From positions 15 to 64,014 of the forward strand of contig CAZKCD010000001.1 of NCBI GenBank assembly GCA_964551235.1: a DNA stretch of 64,000 nt, written 5' to 3'. The first letter of the stretch is position 1. Each line of letters starts with the position of its first letter. Under the pieces are notes generated by a model. It did not search any database, was not told the DNA's origin, and saw only the letters and a program-made list of their open reading frames with translations. Positions 19,752-32,413 of the stretch are shown piece after piece. Origin of the DNA: an uncultured Sphingomonas sp. Lineage in GTDB: Bacteria > Pseudomonadota > Alphaproteobacteria > Sphingomonadales > Sphingomonadaceae. Position numbers and translations under genes: made by a program.

Positions 19752-21065
19752 TTAAGCGCCCTCGCCGATCACCTCCAGCCAATCGCCATGCCGGACGAAC
19801 TTTTCGCGCGGGCTTCCGGGGCGCGCCGCCGCCGCTTCGGCCGCCTCGATCTTGCGCCAGTCGGCATAGGTCGTCGCCTGCACGTCGCGGGCGCACAGCA
19901 AGCGGTCGAGGCCCGCGCCGCCGTCGCTGCCGCCGTCGCTGCCGGGCGGCATGGCCGCGGCGATCTGCTCGGCCACCTCGTAGCCGTCGGGCCGGTTCGT
20001 GCCGATCGTCCCGCTCGGCCCGCGCCGCGCCCAGCCGACCACGTACAGCCGCTCGCCGACCTGGCCGTGATCGTTGAGGAACTTGCCGTGCGCATGGTCG
20101 TAAGGGACGCCCGGCAGCTGCGGCGAGGCATAGCCGATGCAGCTGACCACCAGGTCGGCCGGCAGGCGATATTCCTCACCCGTCCCGACCGCGCGGCCGC
20201 CGTCGAGGCGCGTTCGCTCGACCACCACGGCCTCGGCTTTCCCCTCGCCTTCGATCCGCAGCGGCTTGGCGAAGAAGTCGAAGACGATGCGTTTGGGCTT
20301 GTCGGCCGGGTCGAGGCCGAGGAAGTCGCGCAGCAGCCCGACCGATTTGGCGAGGCCGCGGTCCTCCAGCGCCTGGTCGGCCTCGACCGGCGGAAAGTCG
20401 GCTTCCTCGACGACCGGCGCGGCGCGTTCGAGGTGCGCCAGTTCGCCCAGTTCCTTGGGGGTCATCGCGATCTGGTGCGGTCCTCGCCGGCCGAGGATCG
20501 TGATCGTCGCGATCGCCGAATCGCGCAGCGCGTCGAGCGCGTGGCCGACGATGTCGGACCCGGTGAACTCGGCCTCGGACTTGCTGAGGATCCGCGCCAC
20601 GTCGAGCGCGACGTTGCCGTTGCCGATCACCACGGCATGCTTGCCGTCGAGCGCGGGGTCGAGCGCGGCGAATTCGGGATGGCCATTGTACCAGCCGACG
20701 AACGCGGCCGAGCCGAAGACGTTGCCGAGCTGCTCGCCCTCGATTCCCAGCGTGCGGTCGTGGGGGGCCCCGGTCGCGAGCACCACCGCGTCGTAGAGCG
20801 CGACCAGCTCGTCGACCGACACCGCGTCGCCGATCGCGACGTTGCCGACGAACCGCACATGGTCGGTGTCCGCGACCTGGTCGTAGCGCTTCGCCACCGC
20901 CTTGATCGACTGGTGGTCGGGCGCCACGCCGAAGCGGATCAGCCCGTATGGCACCGGCAGCTTGTCGATGATGTCGACCCGGGCGCCGTCGCCATAGGCC
21001 TTGGCCAGCGCCTCGGCGGTGTAGAAACCCGCCGGGCCGGACCCGACGATCGCGAAGTGGCGCAT
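19752..21065 (-). CDS. ferredoxin--NADP+ reductase (adrenodoxin-reductase-like)
   Basis: GSGPAG, YGLIRFGVAPDH, GNGNVALD, GW..RGPSG.IGTN. Confidence 0.92.
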   Translation of the reverse strand: MRHFAIVGSGPAGFYTAEALAKAYGDGARVDIIDKLPVPYGLIRFGVAPDHQSIKAVAKRYDQVADTDHVRFVGNVAIGDAVSVDELVALYDAVVLATGAPHDRTLGIEGEQLGNVFGSAAFVGWYNGHPEFAALDPALDGKHAVVIGNGNVALDVARILSKSEAEFTGSDIVGHALDALRDSAIATITILGRRGPHQIAMTPKELGELAHLERAAPVVEEADFPPVEADQALEDRGLAKSVGLLRDFLGLDPADKPKRIVFDFFAKPLRIEGEGKAEAVVVERTRLDGGRAVGTGEEYRLPADLVVSCIGYASPQLPGVPYDHAHGKFLNDHGQVGERLYVVGWARRGPSGTIGTNRPDGYEVAEQIAAAMPPGSDGGSDGGAGLDRLLCARDVQATTYADWRKIEAAEAAAARPGSPREKFVRHGDWLEVIGEGA

Positions 21066-21098
21066 GAAACCCGACTCCCGCTATGTGCGGGGCGGAGC

Positions 21099-21416
21099 CT
21101 AGTCCCGCTTGTCGTCCAGCAGCAAGTCGCTGCCTTTCTGGCGAAGCATCGATTCGATCGGGCCGGCCATCAGCGACAGGAAGCCGGGCAGGACGATCCG
21201 GCAATGGACGACTTTCTCGTCGACCCCGATCTCGCTTTCGACCGACTGGCCCATCGCGCCGACGTCGAGCTTGAGCGTGTCGCCCTCCCACCGGCTCGAC
21301 ACCTCGGCGCCGCCGGGGATGTGGCTTTCCAGCTTGTGGATGTTGGCCGCGATGCGGCGGCGGGCTTCCTCGCGACCCAGCGTGTGCGGCAGGTCGACAT
21401 TGATCGGGCGTTGCAT
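21099..21416 (-). CDS. polyhydroxyalkanoic acid system family protein
   Basis: I.V.LPH.LG.EEA.RR motif, about 105 aa. Confidence 0.7.
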   Translation of the reverse strand: MQRPINVDLPHTLGREEARRRIAANIHKLESHIPGGAEVSSRWEGDTLKLDVGAMGQSVESEIGVDEKVVHCRIVLPGFLSLMAGPIESMLRQKGSDLLLDDKRD

Positions 21417-21477
21417 GGAGCCTGAGATGCTCCCGCCACGGTTGCATTTCAATGGCGCAGGGTTTTTCATGGGCGCG

Positions 21478-22176
21478 ATGAAGCGCTTGCTGCTCCTCCT
21501 CCTGATGCTCGCCGGCGCGCCGGCGGCGGCGGCCAGCACGGCAGCGCCCTACGTCACCGCCGGGCAGGACGAGCCGGGCTACCGCTATTGGGTCCTGTCG
21601 GATCCCGCGCGGCCGATCCGCGTGAAGGCCTTCAACGACTATCTCGTCGCCAACGGCGTCGGCGGCGTCGCCCCGACCTGGCAGCTGATCCGGACCGCCA
21701 GCGACTGGCAGAAATGCGGCGACCAGCCGTTCGAGGTCCCGCCGACCGAACATTGGCCCAACATCGTCCACGCGCTGCGCTTCATCGGCGCCTTCATCGA
21801 ACCGGTGATCGGCAACGTCGAGCCGGTCAGCGCCTACCGCAATCCCGCGCTGAACAGCTGCGCCAAGGGCGCGGCTACCTCGACCCACCTCACCGGCGGC
21901 GGGATCGACATGGTGCCGGTCAACGCCTTTCCGCGCGAACGCCTGATGGAAGCGCTCTGCCGCGTCCAGCTCGACAAGGGATGGTGGAACGGCATCGGCC
22001 TGGGCTTCTACAAGGGCCTGCGCTTCCACATCGATGCCCGCAAGAACCGCGAATGGGGCACCGAAGGCAATGCCGGCGGCTGGGGATGCGCGGCCGTGCT
22101 TCGCGAAGGCGCCAAGCCGTTCGTTGAGCCGCTTCCCGACGCGAATGTCACGCCCGTTGCGATTCCGACACACTGA
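21478..22176 (+). CDS. peptidase M15 (D-Ala-D-Ala carboxypeptidase-like metallohydrolase)
   Basis: Signal peptide; SAYR.P.LN...GA..S.H-x6-D and FHID motifs. Confidence 0.8.
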   Translation: MKRLLLLLLMLAGAPAAAASTAAPYVTAGQDEPGYRYWVLSDPARPIRVKAFNDYLVANGVGGVAPTWQLIRTASDWQKCGDQPFEVPPTEHWPNIVHALRFIGAFIEPVIGNVEPVSAYRNPALNSCAKGAATSTHLTGGGIDMVPVNAFPRERLMEALCRVQLDKGWWNGIGLGFYKGLRFHIDARKNREWGTEGNAGGWGCAAVLREGAKPFVEPLPDANVTPVAIPTH

Positions 22177-22178
22177 CC

Positions 22179-22207
22179 CTTGTCTTAGTCCGCTAACACA
22201 CCACATG
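22179..22207 (+). promoter_or_regulatory. RpoH-like heat-shock promoter of clpB
   Basis: CTTGTC-N16-CCACAT upstream of clpB, similar to the alphaproteobacterial sigma32 consensus. Confidence 0.5.
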
Positions 22208-22229
22208 GTTGTCGATACGAGGGACTCTT

Positions 22230-24809
<2,580 letters not shown>

Positions 24810-24882
24810 GCCGCGCATCGCCCCTTTACGGCTCGGCGGCGGCGCGGCATGGTCGCGCCACGGGTTTCGAGTTCGGGAGGGA

Positions 24883-25422
24883 ATGATGCGAGCCAAGTGG
24901 ACTTATGGACTGGTCGCGGCGACGGCCGCCGGGTTGGTCGCGGCCGGCGCGGTCGCCAAGGACCGCAAGATCGACACGGCGGCGCCCAAGATTTTCACCG
25001 ACGTGACTGCCTGCCGGACGATCGCCGACAGTGCCGAGCGGCTCGCCTGCTACGACCGGACGGTCGGCGCGCTCGCCACCGCGCAGGAATCGCAGAACCT
25101 CTACGTCGCCGACCAGGAAACGATGCGCGAGGCGCGCCGCGGCCTGTTCGGCTTCAACCTTCCCAAGGTGAAATTGTTCGGCAACGACGACATCGGCGAG
25201 GAAGTGAAGTTCATCGAGACCACCATCAAGGCGGTTGGCCAGGGATCGAAGGGCTATACCTTCACGCTCGAGGACGGCGCCCGCTGGGCCCAGACCGACG
25301 GCGCCTACATGGACAAGCCCAAGCCGGGCGCGAAGATCCGCATCCGCCGCGCCGCGCTGGGCAGCTACATGGCCAGCATCGAGGGCCGCGTCGGCTTCCG
25401 GATCGAACGCCTGAACCAGTAA
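24883..25422 (+). CDS. secreted hypothetical protein with CxxIxDxxxRLxCYD motif
   Basis: Signal peptide, CRTIADSAERLACYDR, beta-rich C-terminus; GGGAGG RBS. Confidence 0.75.
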   Translation: MMRAKWTYGLVAATAAGLVAAGAVAKDRKIDTAAPKIFTDVTACRTIADSAERLACYDRTVGALATAQESQNLYVADQETMREARRGLFGFNLPKVKLFGNDDIGEEVKFIETTIKAVGQGSKGYTFTLEDGARWAQTDGAYMDKPKPGAKIRIRRAALGSYMASIEGRVGFRIERLNQ

Positions 25423-25443
25423 CGGGGCCGGGCCGGACGCATC

Positions 25444-27267
25444 ATGCTCAACGCGGCCCAGCTCCAGCACCAGCTCCAGCGCGCGCAGGCCTTCGCCCAG
25501 GCCGGGCGGACCGGGGAGGCGTGGAGCGCCATCGCCCCCCTCCGGCCCGCCATCGACGGCCATGGCGGCGCGCTCCGCCTCTACGCCTTCATCGCCCAGA
25601 ATGCGGGCAAGGCCGACGACGCGATCGCCGCGCTGCGCCGGATCTGCGCCCTCGAACGCGACCCGCCCGAGATCCTCGGCGCGCTCGCCGACACGCTCGG
25701 CACCGCCGGTCGTCACGCGGAAGCCTATGAGATCTGGTCGCGCCTCGTCGCGAAGCAGCCGGGCGCCATCGACGCGCACCTCAACCGCGCGGTCGAAGCC
25801 GACAAGGCGGGCCGCTTCGCCGACGCCATCGCCGCCGCCGACCTCGGCCTCGCCCGCGCGCCCGCCGACGCCCGCCTGCTGTCCGCCCGCGCCCTCGCGC
25901 TCAGTCACGCCGACCGGATGGCCGAGGCGATCGGCGCTTACGACACCGCGGTCGCCGCCGACCCGACGCGCGCCCAGACGCGCTATCACCAGGCCGTCTG
26001 CCTGCGCGCCGCCTGCCGTTTCGACGAGGCCTGCGCCGCTTATGCCGAGGCCGAGCGGCTTGGCGCGGGCGGGGCGGATTTCCACGCCGCCTTCGCCGCC
26101 GCCGAGCTCGAGGCGGGCAAGGTCGACGCCGCCGCCGACCGCTATCGCCGCCTGCTCGCGGCCGTCCCCGACCATGACGAGGCGCGCCGCGCGCTGACCC
26201 GGCTCGAGCTCGAGTTTCGCGACCCGGCGCGCGCGTTCGACCATTATGCCGAGCGCGCCCGCGCCAGCGGCCAGCCCGGCCCCTGGCAGGATTATCTCGC
26301 CGCGCTCCTCGCCAACAAGCGCTTCGGGGACGCCGCCAACGTCGGGCGGGAGGCGCTCGCCCGCCTCGGATCCGACCTGCCGATCCTTCGGACGACGCTG
26401 TTCGCGGAAGGCATCGTCGGCGACGCCGGCGCGGCGCTCGACGCGATGGAGCGCCTGCCCGCGGCGCTGGTGCGCGGCAGCGACGGCCTGATCGCCCGCG
26501 CCCAGCTCGCGCTTCGCGCTGGCCGCGTCGCCGAATGCGCGCGCCTGAGCGAGGCCTATAACGCGCTGGCGGGTGCCGAGCAGTCCGGCTGGAGCCTGCT
26601 GACCCTCGCCTGGCGCCTGCTCGACGATCCGCGCGAGCAGTGGCTGTGCGATTACGACCGGCTGGTCATGCCGGTCGAGGTCGCGCCGGTCGACGGCACG
26701 CTCGACGCCGCCGATTACGCGGCCGTGGTCGCCGCCGCGCTCGACCCGTTGCACACCAGCCTCGCCGCGCCCGGCGACCAGTCGCTGCGCCACGGCACGC
26801 AGACCAGCGGCGCGCTCTTCGCCCGGCTCGACCCGGCCATCCAGCGGTTCCGCGACGCCGTTCTGGCCGCCGCGGAGCAGGCTGTCGACGCCCTGCCCGA
26901 CGACCCGACCCATCCGTTTCTCCGCCGCAAGTCGGGCGCCCTCCGCTTCAACGGAAGCTGGTCGGTCCGCCTTCAGGGCGGCGGCGGGCACCACGTGCCG
27001 CACTTCCATGGCGAGGGCTGGATGAGCTCGGCCTATTACGCCAGGCTTCCAAGGTCGGACGAGGCGGCCCACGCCGCCCATGCCGGCTGGATCGAGTTCG
27101 GCCGCGCTCCGGCCATGTACGATCTCGACCTGCCCCCGCGCCGCGTCGTCGAACCGACCGAGGGGCGCCTGGTGCTGTTCCCGTCCTATCTGTGGCACGG
27201 CACCGTTCCGTTCGAGGCCGGACGCGGCACGCGGCTCACCGCCGCCTTCGACTACCTGCCCGCCTGA
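25444..27267 (+). CDS. TPR-containing putative 2OG-Fe(II) oxygenase
   Basis: TPR-like N-terminal repeats; QS.R.GTQT, WSVRL..GGHHVPH.H..GW.SSAYY, LVLFPSYLWHGT.PF, RLT.AFD. Confidence 0.85.
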   Translation: MLNAAQLQHQLQRAQAFAQAGRTGEAWSAIAPLRPAIDGHGGALRLYAFIAQNAGKADDAIAALRRICALERDPPEILGALADTLGTAGRHAEAYEIWSRLVAKQPGAIDAHLNRAVEADKAGRFADAIAAADLGLARAPADARLLSARALALSHADRMAEAIGAYDTAVAADPTRAQTRYHQAVCLRAACRFDEACAAYAEAERLGAGGADFHAAFAAAELEAGKVDAAADRYRRLLAAVPDHDEARRALTRLELEFRDPARAFDHYAERARASGQPGPWQDYLAALLANKRFGDAANVGREALARLGSDLPILRTTLFAEGIVGDAGAALDAMERLPAALVRGSDGLIARAQLALRAGRVAECARLSEAYNALAGAEQSGWSLLTLAWRLLDDPREQWLCDYDRLVMPVEVAPVDGTLDAADYAAVVAAALDPLHTSLAAPGDQSLRHGTQTSGALFARLDPAIQRFRDAVLAAAEQAVDALPDDPTHPFLRRKSGALRFNGSWSVRLQGGGGHHVPHFHGEGWMSSAYYARLPRSDEAAHAAHAGWIEFGRAPAMYDLDLPPRRVVEPTEGRLVLFPSYLWHGTVPFEAGRGTRLTAAFDYLPA

Positions 27268-27340
27268 TCCCTGCCGATCGCGCCGGGCCGCGCGGCTCGC
27301 GCCCAGCCATGCGTCGTTGCGCGCCCGCGCCGCGGACAAG

Positions 27341-27379
27341 AAGAAAGCGGCGGGAGATTGCTCTCCCGCCGCCTCTTTT
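27341..27379. terminator. bidirectional rho-independent terminator
   Basis: AAGAAA-GCGGCGGGAGA ttgc TCTCCCGCCGC-CTCTTTT between convergent genes. Confidence 0.8.
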
Positions 27380-27400
27380 GGTTGGCGATGAAGCCGAAGC

Positions 27401-30400
27401 TTACATCTTCACCCGAGCCTGGATCGTGAACACACGACCGAGGATGACCGGGTTCCAGTAGGCAACGTCCGTACCACCTTCGGCGAAGAATCCGGCGACC
27501 GTCTTCTCAGCTTTCTGGTTGAACATGTTCTGGACGATACCCGTCAGTTCGAAGTTGTCGCCGATCTTCTTGCGCAGCGACAGGTCGAAGTAGCTCAGAC
27601 CACGAACGTCCGGAGCCGAATCTTCACCGAACGACACGTCTTCGACGTCGGTCTGCCAGTTCCAGCGGAGCTGGGCAGTGAACGAGTCGCTGTCGTACGC
27701 GAAGGTCGTCGTCGCCTTCCACTCGGGGAAGGTGCCGCCGATGCCACCGGCGGTGCGGCCCGAGAAGTTGAAGCCATCACCGAAGTCGATCTTGTCGAGC
27801 CACGACAGGAGAGTCTGGAACCGGAAGCGACCCGGGATGCCCAGACCGACGTCCGCGAACGGCACGACCCAGTTAACCGAAGCGTCGACGCCCGAGGTCT
27901 TGAAGTAACCCGAGTTATCGATCGTGGTGTCGACCGAGATAACCTGACCGGTGACTTGGTCGCGCACGATACGATCACAGGACGGGTCCAGCGGGACACC
28001 ACCGCTCGTGCACTGGCCCAAGAAGAAGCCGGCGCCGAACGTCGAGATCACGTCGTCGATACGGATGTTGTAGTAGTCGACGGTAGCCGAGAACCGGCCG
28101 AGGCCGAAGTTCGGGGTGAGGACCGCACCGATGGTGTAGGTCTTCGCCGTTTCGTTCGACAGACCCGGGTTACCGAAGGCGAACGCCTGGACCTGGCTGT
28201 TGTTTTGCTGGAAGCCGGTGAAATTCACCGCCGGAGCCTGCGCCTGGCAGACCGACAGCTCGGTGGCGTCACGCTGCGCGTTATCGTTACAGGGATCGAC
28301 GTAGGACGGGAAGCCCTGGTCGCCGTTCTGGAACAACTCAACGATCGACGGCGCGCGCGCCGCCTTGTTGAAGATACCGCGGATTTTCAGCCATTCGACC
28401 GGAGCCCACTGCGCGCCGAGCTTCCAGTTGAAGAGGCCGCCCACCGACGAATAGTCGGAGTAACGGGCACCCGCTTCGATCGAGAACTCGTGGAAGAAGG
28501 GCATGTCGGCCAGGACAGGGATACGGGCTTCGCCATAGATTTCCTTGACGTTGACCTTACCCTTCTGATCCTGCGTGGCGTTGAAGCCGTAGATGTTGCC
28601 CGTGCGCTGGGCGTCATCGACGATGATCTCGCCACGGTCGGTGCGCGCTTCGGCACCGATCGCAATGCCAAGCGGGCCCGCCGGCAGTTCGATCAGGTTA
28701 CCGGTGATGTTACCGGCGATACGAGCCTGTTCGAAGGTGCGGGTTTCCTTGGTGTCGACGCGCAGGAAGTCGAGCGAGCCGTTCGGATAGAACACCGACA
28801 GCGGGTTCGACGCATCCTGGGCGAACGGTTCCGACACCGTGCCCGGGCCGAAGATGTCGACCGGGATACAACCCGGGAGCGATCCCGCCGGGCAACCGGC
28901 CGCGCCATTGGCGAACGCGGTGCGGTTGATGTTGCCCTTGAGCGTCGCAACCGCGGACGTGCGGCCGTAGCTGGCGGTGACATCCCAGTTGAAGCCCGCG
29001 GTCAGCGGACCCGACAGCGTGCCACGCAGGGTGGTCGTCTTCGAATCGTATATGCCGACGCGCGGGCCGGTTTCGGTGAAGCGACGGTCGATCGTGAACG
29101 GGCGATTAGCGCCAGAGTTCGAAACACAGGCCGTCCCGCCAGCATTCGTGCAGGCCGTCGAACTTCCGAATTCACGTCCAGGAAGGTTCGCGGATGTGAA
29201 GAAAGCACGGCTATTGAGGGCCGCCAGCAGGTCCGGGTGGCACGACACGCCAACGCCGCACGGTGCACTGCCGACGACGCCGAGGCGGATGAACGGGTTG
29301 AGCGTCGGATCGACGACCAGGCCGGTCGCCGGGGTCGGCGCCAGGTTCACTTCCTGCGACGAATCGGTGTGGTTGGCGATGATCTTCAACCGGATCGCGT
29401 CGCTGATGTCGTAACGCGCGGTCGCCGCAATGTTCCAGCGATTGTACGGCGTGACGAGGTAGTTCTGCGGGTTGAAGTTGTAACGGCTCGAACCGACCGA
29501 TCGGTCAGCGAACTGGCACAGATTGGTACCGCCCGAACCCAAAAGGCGCGGCGTCAAGTTGCCCTGGTCGTCGAACGATAGGTTGCCGGTGTTAACAGCC
29601 GCCACCGGCGCGGTCGCCGGGTTACAATCGGTATCAACGTTCGTGAACTCGCCAGGAAGCAGGCCGGCCAGGCCGTTGAACGGGTTGTTCGGGTTATTGG
29701 TGATCCAGCCCCACGGCGGAGTCGCAGAACCGGCCGACGCGAAGGTCGACGTGCCGGCGCCGTACGAGTTCGGCGTAGTCAGGTGGTCCGGAACGAAGAC
29801 GGTCGAACCGTCTGCGCTCAGGAACAGCGCGCCGGCGTCACGGGTGACGTCGCGGTCGCCCTGGCCGATCGGCTCGCGGGTGTAGTAGCTGGCGAACAGC
29901 GTCATGTTGCCGCGGTCGTCGCCGAAGTTGCCGCCGAGGAGGCCCTGGATGTTGAACGCGCCACCATCACCCTTTTCGGTGATGCTGTACTGCGAGCTGA
30001 CTTCGAGACCTTCGTAATTGTCCTTGAGGACGAAGTTCACGACGCCGGCCATGGCGTCCGAACCGTACACGGCCGAGGCGCCGCCGGTGACGACGTCCAC
30101 GCGCTCGATCAGGCCGGCCGGGATGGTGCCAATGTCGACAACGCCCGTGGTAGACGAAGCGGGCACGCGCTCGCCGTCGACGAGGATCAGGGTGCGCTGC
30201 GGGCCAAGGCCGCGCAGGTCGAGGGTCGAAAAGTCTTCACCGCCCTGGTTGTTCGACGTGCGGGTGTTGCCCGGAATGAGCTGCGGAAGTTCGTTCAGCA
30301 GGGTTTCGACGGTGACCGTACCGGTCAGGTCGAACTGCTCCGAATCGACGGTCGTGACGGGGCTCGGGGCCTCCAGGTCAGGACGGACGATGCGCGAACC

Positions 30401-30589
30401 GGTGATGACGATCGAATCGTCTTCGTCAGCCTGGTCTTCCGGCTTGGCGACGGCGGCCTGCTGGTCAGCCGAGGGCTGCGTTTCGTTCGACGCTTCCTGC
30501 GCCGCAGCGGGCGACGCGAAAATCGCGCCGGCGCCGAAAATCGCGAGAGCCTGCCAGGCGGCAGTCGCACGCAGATTGGACTTCCTCAT
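27401..30589 (-). CDS. TonB-dependent receptor
   Basis: Signal peptide, TonB box IVITGSRI, plug LRGLG..RTL.LVDG.R and GASAVYGSDA.AGVVN, beta-barrel C-terminus. Confidence 0.96.
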   Translation of the reverse strand: MRKSNLRATAAWQALAIFGAGAIFASPAAAQEASNETQPSADQQAAVAKPEDQADEDDSIVITGSRIVRPDLEAPSPVTTVDSEQFDLTGTVTVETLLNELPQLIPGNTRTSNNQGGEDFSTLDLRGLGPQRTLILVDGERVPASSTTGVVDIGTIPAGLIERVDVVTGGASAVYGSDAMAGVVNFVLKDNYEGLEVSSQYSITEKGDGGAFNIQGLLGGNFGDDRGNMTLFASYYTREPIGQGDRDVTRDAGALFLSADGSTVFVPDHLTTPNSYGAGTSTFASAGSATPPWGWITNNPNNPFNGLAGLLPGEFTNVDTDCNPATAPVAAVNTGNLSFDDQGNLTPRLLGSGGTNLCQFADRSVGSSRYNFNPQNYLVTPYNRWNIAATARYDISDAIRLKIIANHTDSSQEVNLAPTPATGLVVDPTLNPFIRLGVVGSAPCGVGVSCHPDLLAALNSRAFFTSANLPGREFGSSTACTNAGGTACVSNSGANRPFTIDRRFTETGPRVGIYDSKTTTLRGTLSGPLTAGFNWDVTASYGRTSAVATLKGNINRTAFANGAAGCPAGSLPGCIPVDIFGPGTVSEPFAQDASNPLSVFYPNGSLDFLRVDTKETRTFEQARIAGNITGNLIELPAGPLGIAIGAEARTDRGEIIVDDAQRTGNIYGFNATQDQKGKVNVKEIYGEARIPVLADMPFFHEFSIEAGARYSDYSSVGGLFNWKLGAQWAPVEWLKIRGIFNKAARAPSIVELFQNGDQGFPSYVDPCNDNAQRDATELSVCQAQAPAVNFTGFQQNNSQVQAFAFGNPGLSNETAKTYTIGAVLTPNFGLGRFSATVDYYNIRIDDVISTFGAGFFLGQCTSGGVPLDPSCDRIVRDQVTGQVISVDTTIDNSGYFKTSGVDASVNWVVPFADVGLGIPGRFRFQTLLSWLDKIDFGDGFNFSGRTAGGIGGTFPEWKATTTFAYDSDSFTAQLRWNWQTDVEDVSFGEDSAPDVRGLSYFDLSLRKKIGDNFELTGIVQNMFNQKAEKTVAGFFAEGGTDVAYWNPVILGRVFTIQARVKM

Positions 30590-30778
30590 TTTAATCTCCC
30601 GAATCGGGGTGCCCGTTGACGGACACCTCAGGTTCGCGGGCGCAATCCACCCCCACGTAAGGGTCGTTTAGCTTGGAATGGGGGCCGTCTGTCCAGCGCT
30701 TCAGAGGGGACGTGCAGCTTTTGTTAAGGGAGTGTGACAGCGGTGCCACACATCATTTTCCGCTTCCGCGGGGCCGGT

Positions 30779-30997
30779 TCAGCCGCGCTTGGCGGCGCGC
30801 TTTTCGGCCTCGAGGCTCGCCTCGGCGTCGACATAGGCTTCCTGCCGCGCGACGCTCCAGTAGCGCAGTTCGTCGAGCGCGATTTCGCCGCCGGTGACCG
30901 CGCAGCGCACGAAGTCGCCCGTCGCCAGCAGGCGGAACGTCCCGTCCAGGTAATGGACCCGCGCCTCGCGTCCCCGTCCCGTCATCAGCATCGCCAC
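30779..30997 (-). CDS. DUF2093 domain protein
   Basis: GDFVRCAVTG..I.L.ELRYWSV.RQEAY; AGGAG RBS with GTG start. Confidence 0.88.
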   Translation of the reverse strand: MAMLMTGRGREARVHYLDGTFRLLATGDFVRCAVTGGEIALDELRYWSVARQEAYVDAEASLEAEKRAAKRG

Positions 30998-31003
30998 GCG
31001 CTC

Positions 31004-32413
31004 CTAGTCGTCGAACAGCCCGGGATGCGGCGCAGCCGGCGGGGCCTTCGGCGTCCGGCGATAGGGGCTCGGGGCCGCGCGCTCAAGGGGCGGCGCGCTC
31101 CCGTCCACCGCGACGTCGACACTCCCGTCGGCGAAGCGCAGCGTCAGTGCCGCCGCCGCCCGCGCCGCGTCGGCATGGACGATGGTCGCGCCGGCCCGGT
31201 CGGTCACCCGCACGAAGCCGCGCTTCAGCGGCCGCTCGGGGTGCGCCAGTTCGGCCAGCCGCCACAGGTCCGCCAGCCGCTGCCCGGCGTGGACGATGCG
31301 CTGCTCGACCAGCGCCGGCCGAAGCCGCGGCGCCACCGCCTGAAGGTCGCCGCGCGCATGCGCCGCACGCTGCGCCAGCGCCCGCGGCAACCGCGCCGCC
31401 GGCTCCGCCAGCGCGCGCGCCGCCGGCTCGAACAGCCGCGTCGGCGCCGGCCAGCGTTCGGCGACCAGCGCCATGCGCTCGCCCGCCCGCGCCACCTGCC
31501 GCGCCAAGGCCTCGCACCCGCGCCCGCCCAGCTGCGCCAGCAGCGCGGCCAGCTCGGACCGCACTGGCACCGCCATCTCCGCCGCCGCGGTCGGGGTCGG
31601 CGCCCGCCGGTCGGAGGCGAAATCGATCAGCGTCGTATCGGTCTCGTGACCGACCGCGCTGATCAGCGGGATCGGCGATTCGGCCGCGGCGCGCACCACC
31701 GCTTCCTCGTTGAAGGCCCACAGATCCTCGATCGAGCCGCCGCCGCGCGCGACGATCAGCAGGTCGGGCTTCTCGCGCATCGCCCCGAAGCCGCGGATGG
31801 CCGCCGCGATCTTCGCCGCCGCCCCCTCGCCCTGCACCGGCACCGGCCAGACGATGACGTGCGTCGGGCAGCGGTCTTCCAGTCGGTGCAGGATGTCGCG
31901 GATCACCGCCCCCGTCGGGCTCGTCACCACGCCGATCGTGCGCGGCAGGAACGGCAGCCGCCGCTTGCGCCCCTCGTCGAACAGGCCCTCGGCGGCCAGC
32001 GCCCGGCGGCGCTTGTCGAGCAGCGCCATCAGCGCCCCCTCGCCCGCCAATTCCAGCCGGTCGACCACCACCTGGTATTTGGAACGTCCCGGATAGGTCG
32101 TCAGCTTGCCCGTCGCGACCACCTCGACCCCGTCCTCGGGCGCGAACGCCAGCCGCGCCGCCTGCCCGCGCCACAGCACGGCGTCGATGCAGGCCGAATC
32201 GTCCTTCAGCGTGAAATAGCAATGGCCCGACGCGTGCCGCTTCCAGCCCGACACCTCGCCGCGCACCCGCACGTGGGCAAAGGCCTGCTCGACCGTCCGC
32301 TTGAGCGCGCCCGACAATTCCCCGACGCTCAGCGGCGGCGAATTGTCGCCGCTCGCCACCTTCGCTAACAGGCCGGAAGCCTCATCGCCGGGGCCGGAAT
32401 CGGGAGAATTCAT
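31004..32413 (-). CDS. xseA: exodeoxyribonuclease VII large subunit
   Basis: [50 protein letters not shown]. Confidence 0.96.
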   Translation of the reverse strand: MNSPDSGPGDEASGLLAKVASGDNSPPLSVGELSGALKRTVEQAFAHVRVRGEVSGWKRHASGHCYFTLKDDSACIDAVLWRGQAARLAFAPEDGVEVVATGKLTTYPGRSKYQVVVDRLELAGEGALMALLDKRRRALAAEGLFDEGRKRRLPFLPRTIGVVTSPTGAVIRDILHRLEDRCPTHVIVWPVPVQGEGAAAKIAAAIRGFGAMREKPDLLIVARGGGSIEDLWAFNEEAVVRAAAESPIPLISAVGHETDTTLIDFASDRRAPTPTAAAEMAVPVRSELAALLAQLGGRGCEALARQVARAGERMALVAERWPAPTRLFEPAARALAEPAARLPRALAQRAAHARGDLQAVAPRLRPALVEQRIVHAGQRLADLWRLAELAHPERPLKRGFVRVTDRAGATIVHADAARAAAALTLRFADGSVDVAVDGSAPPLERAAPSPYRRTPKAPPAAPHPGLFDD

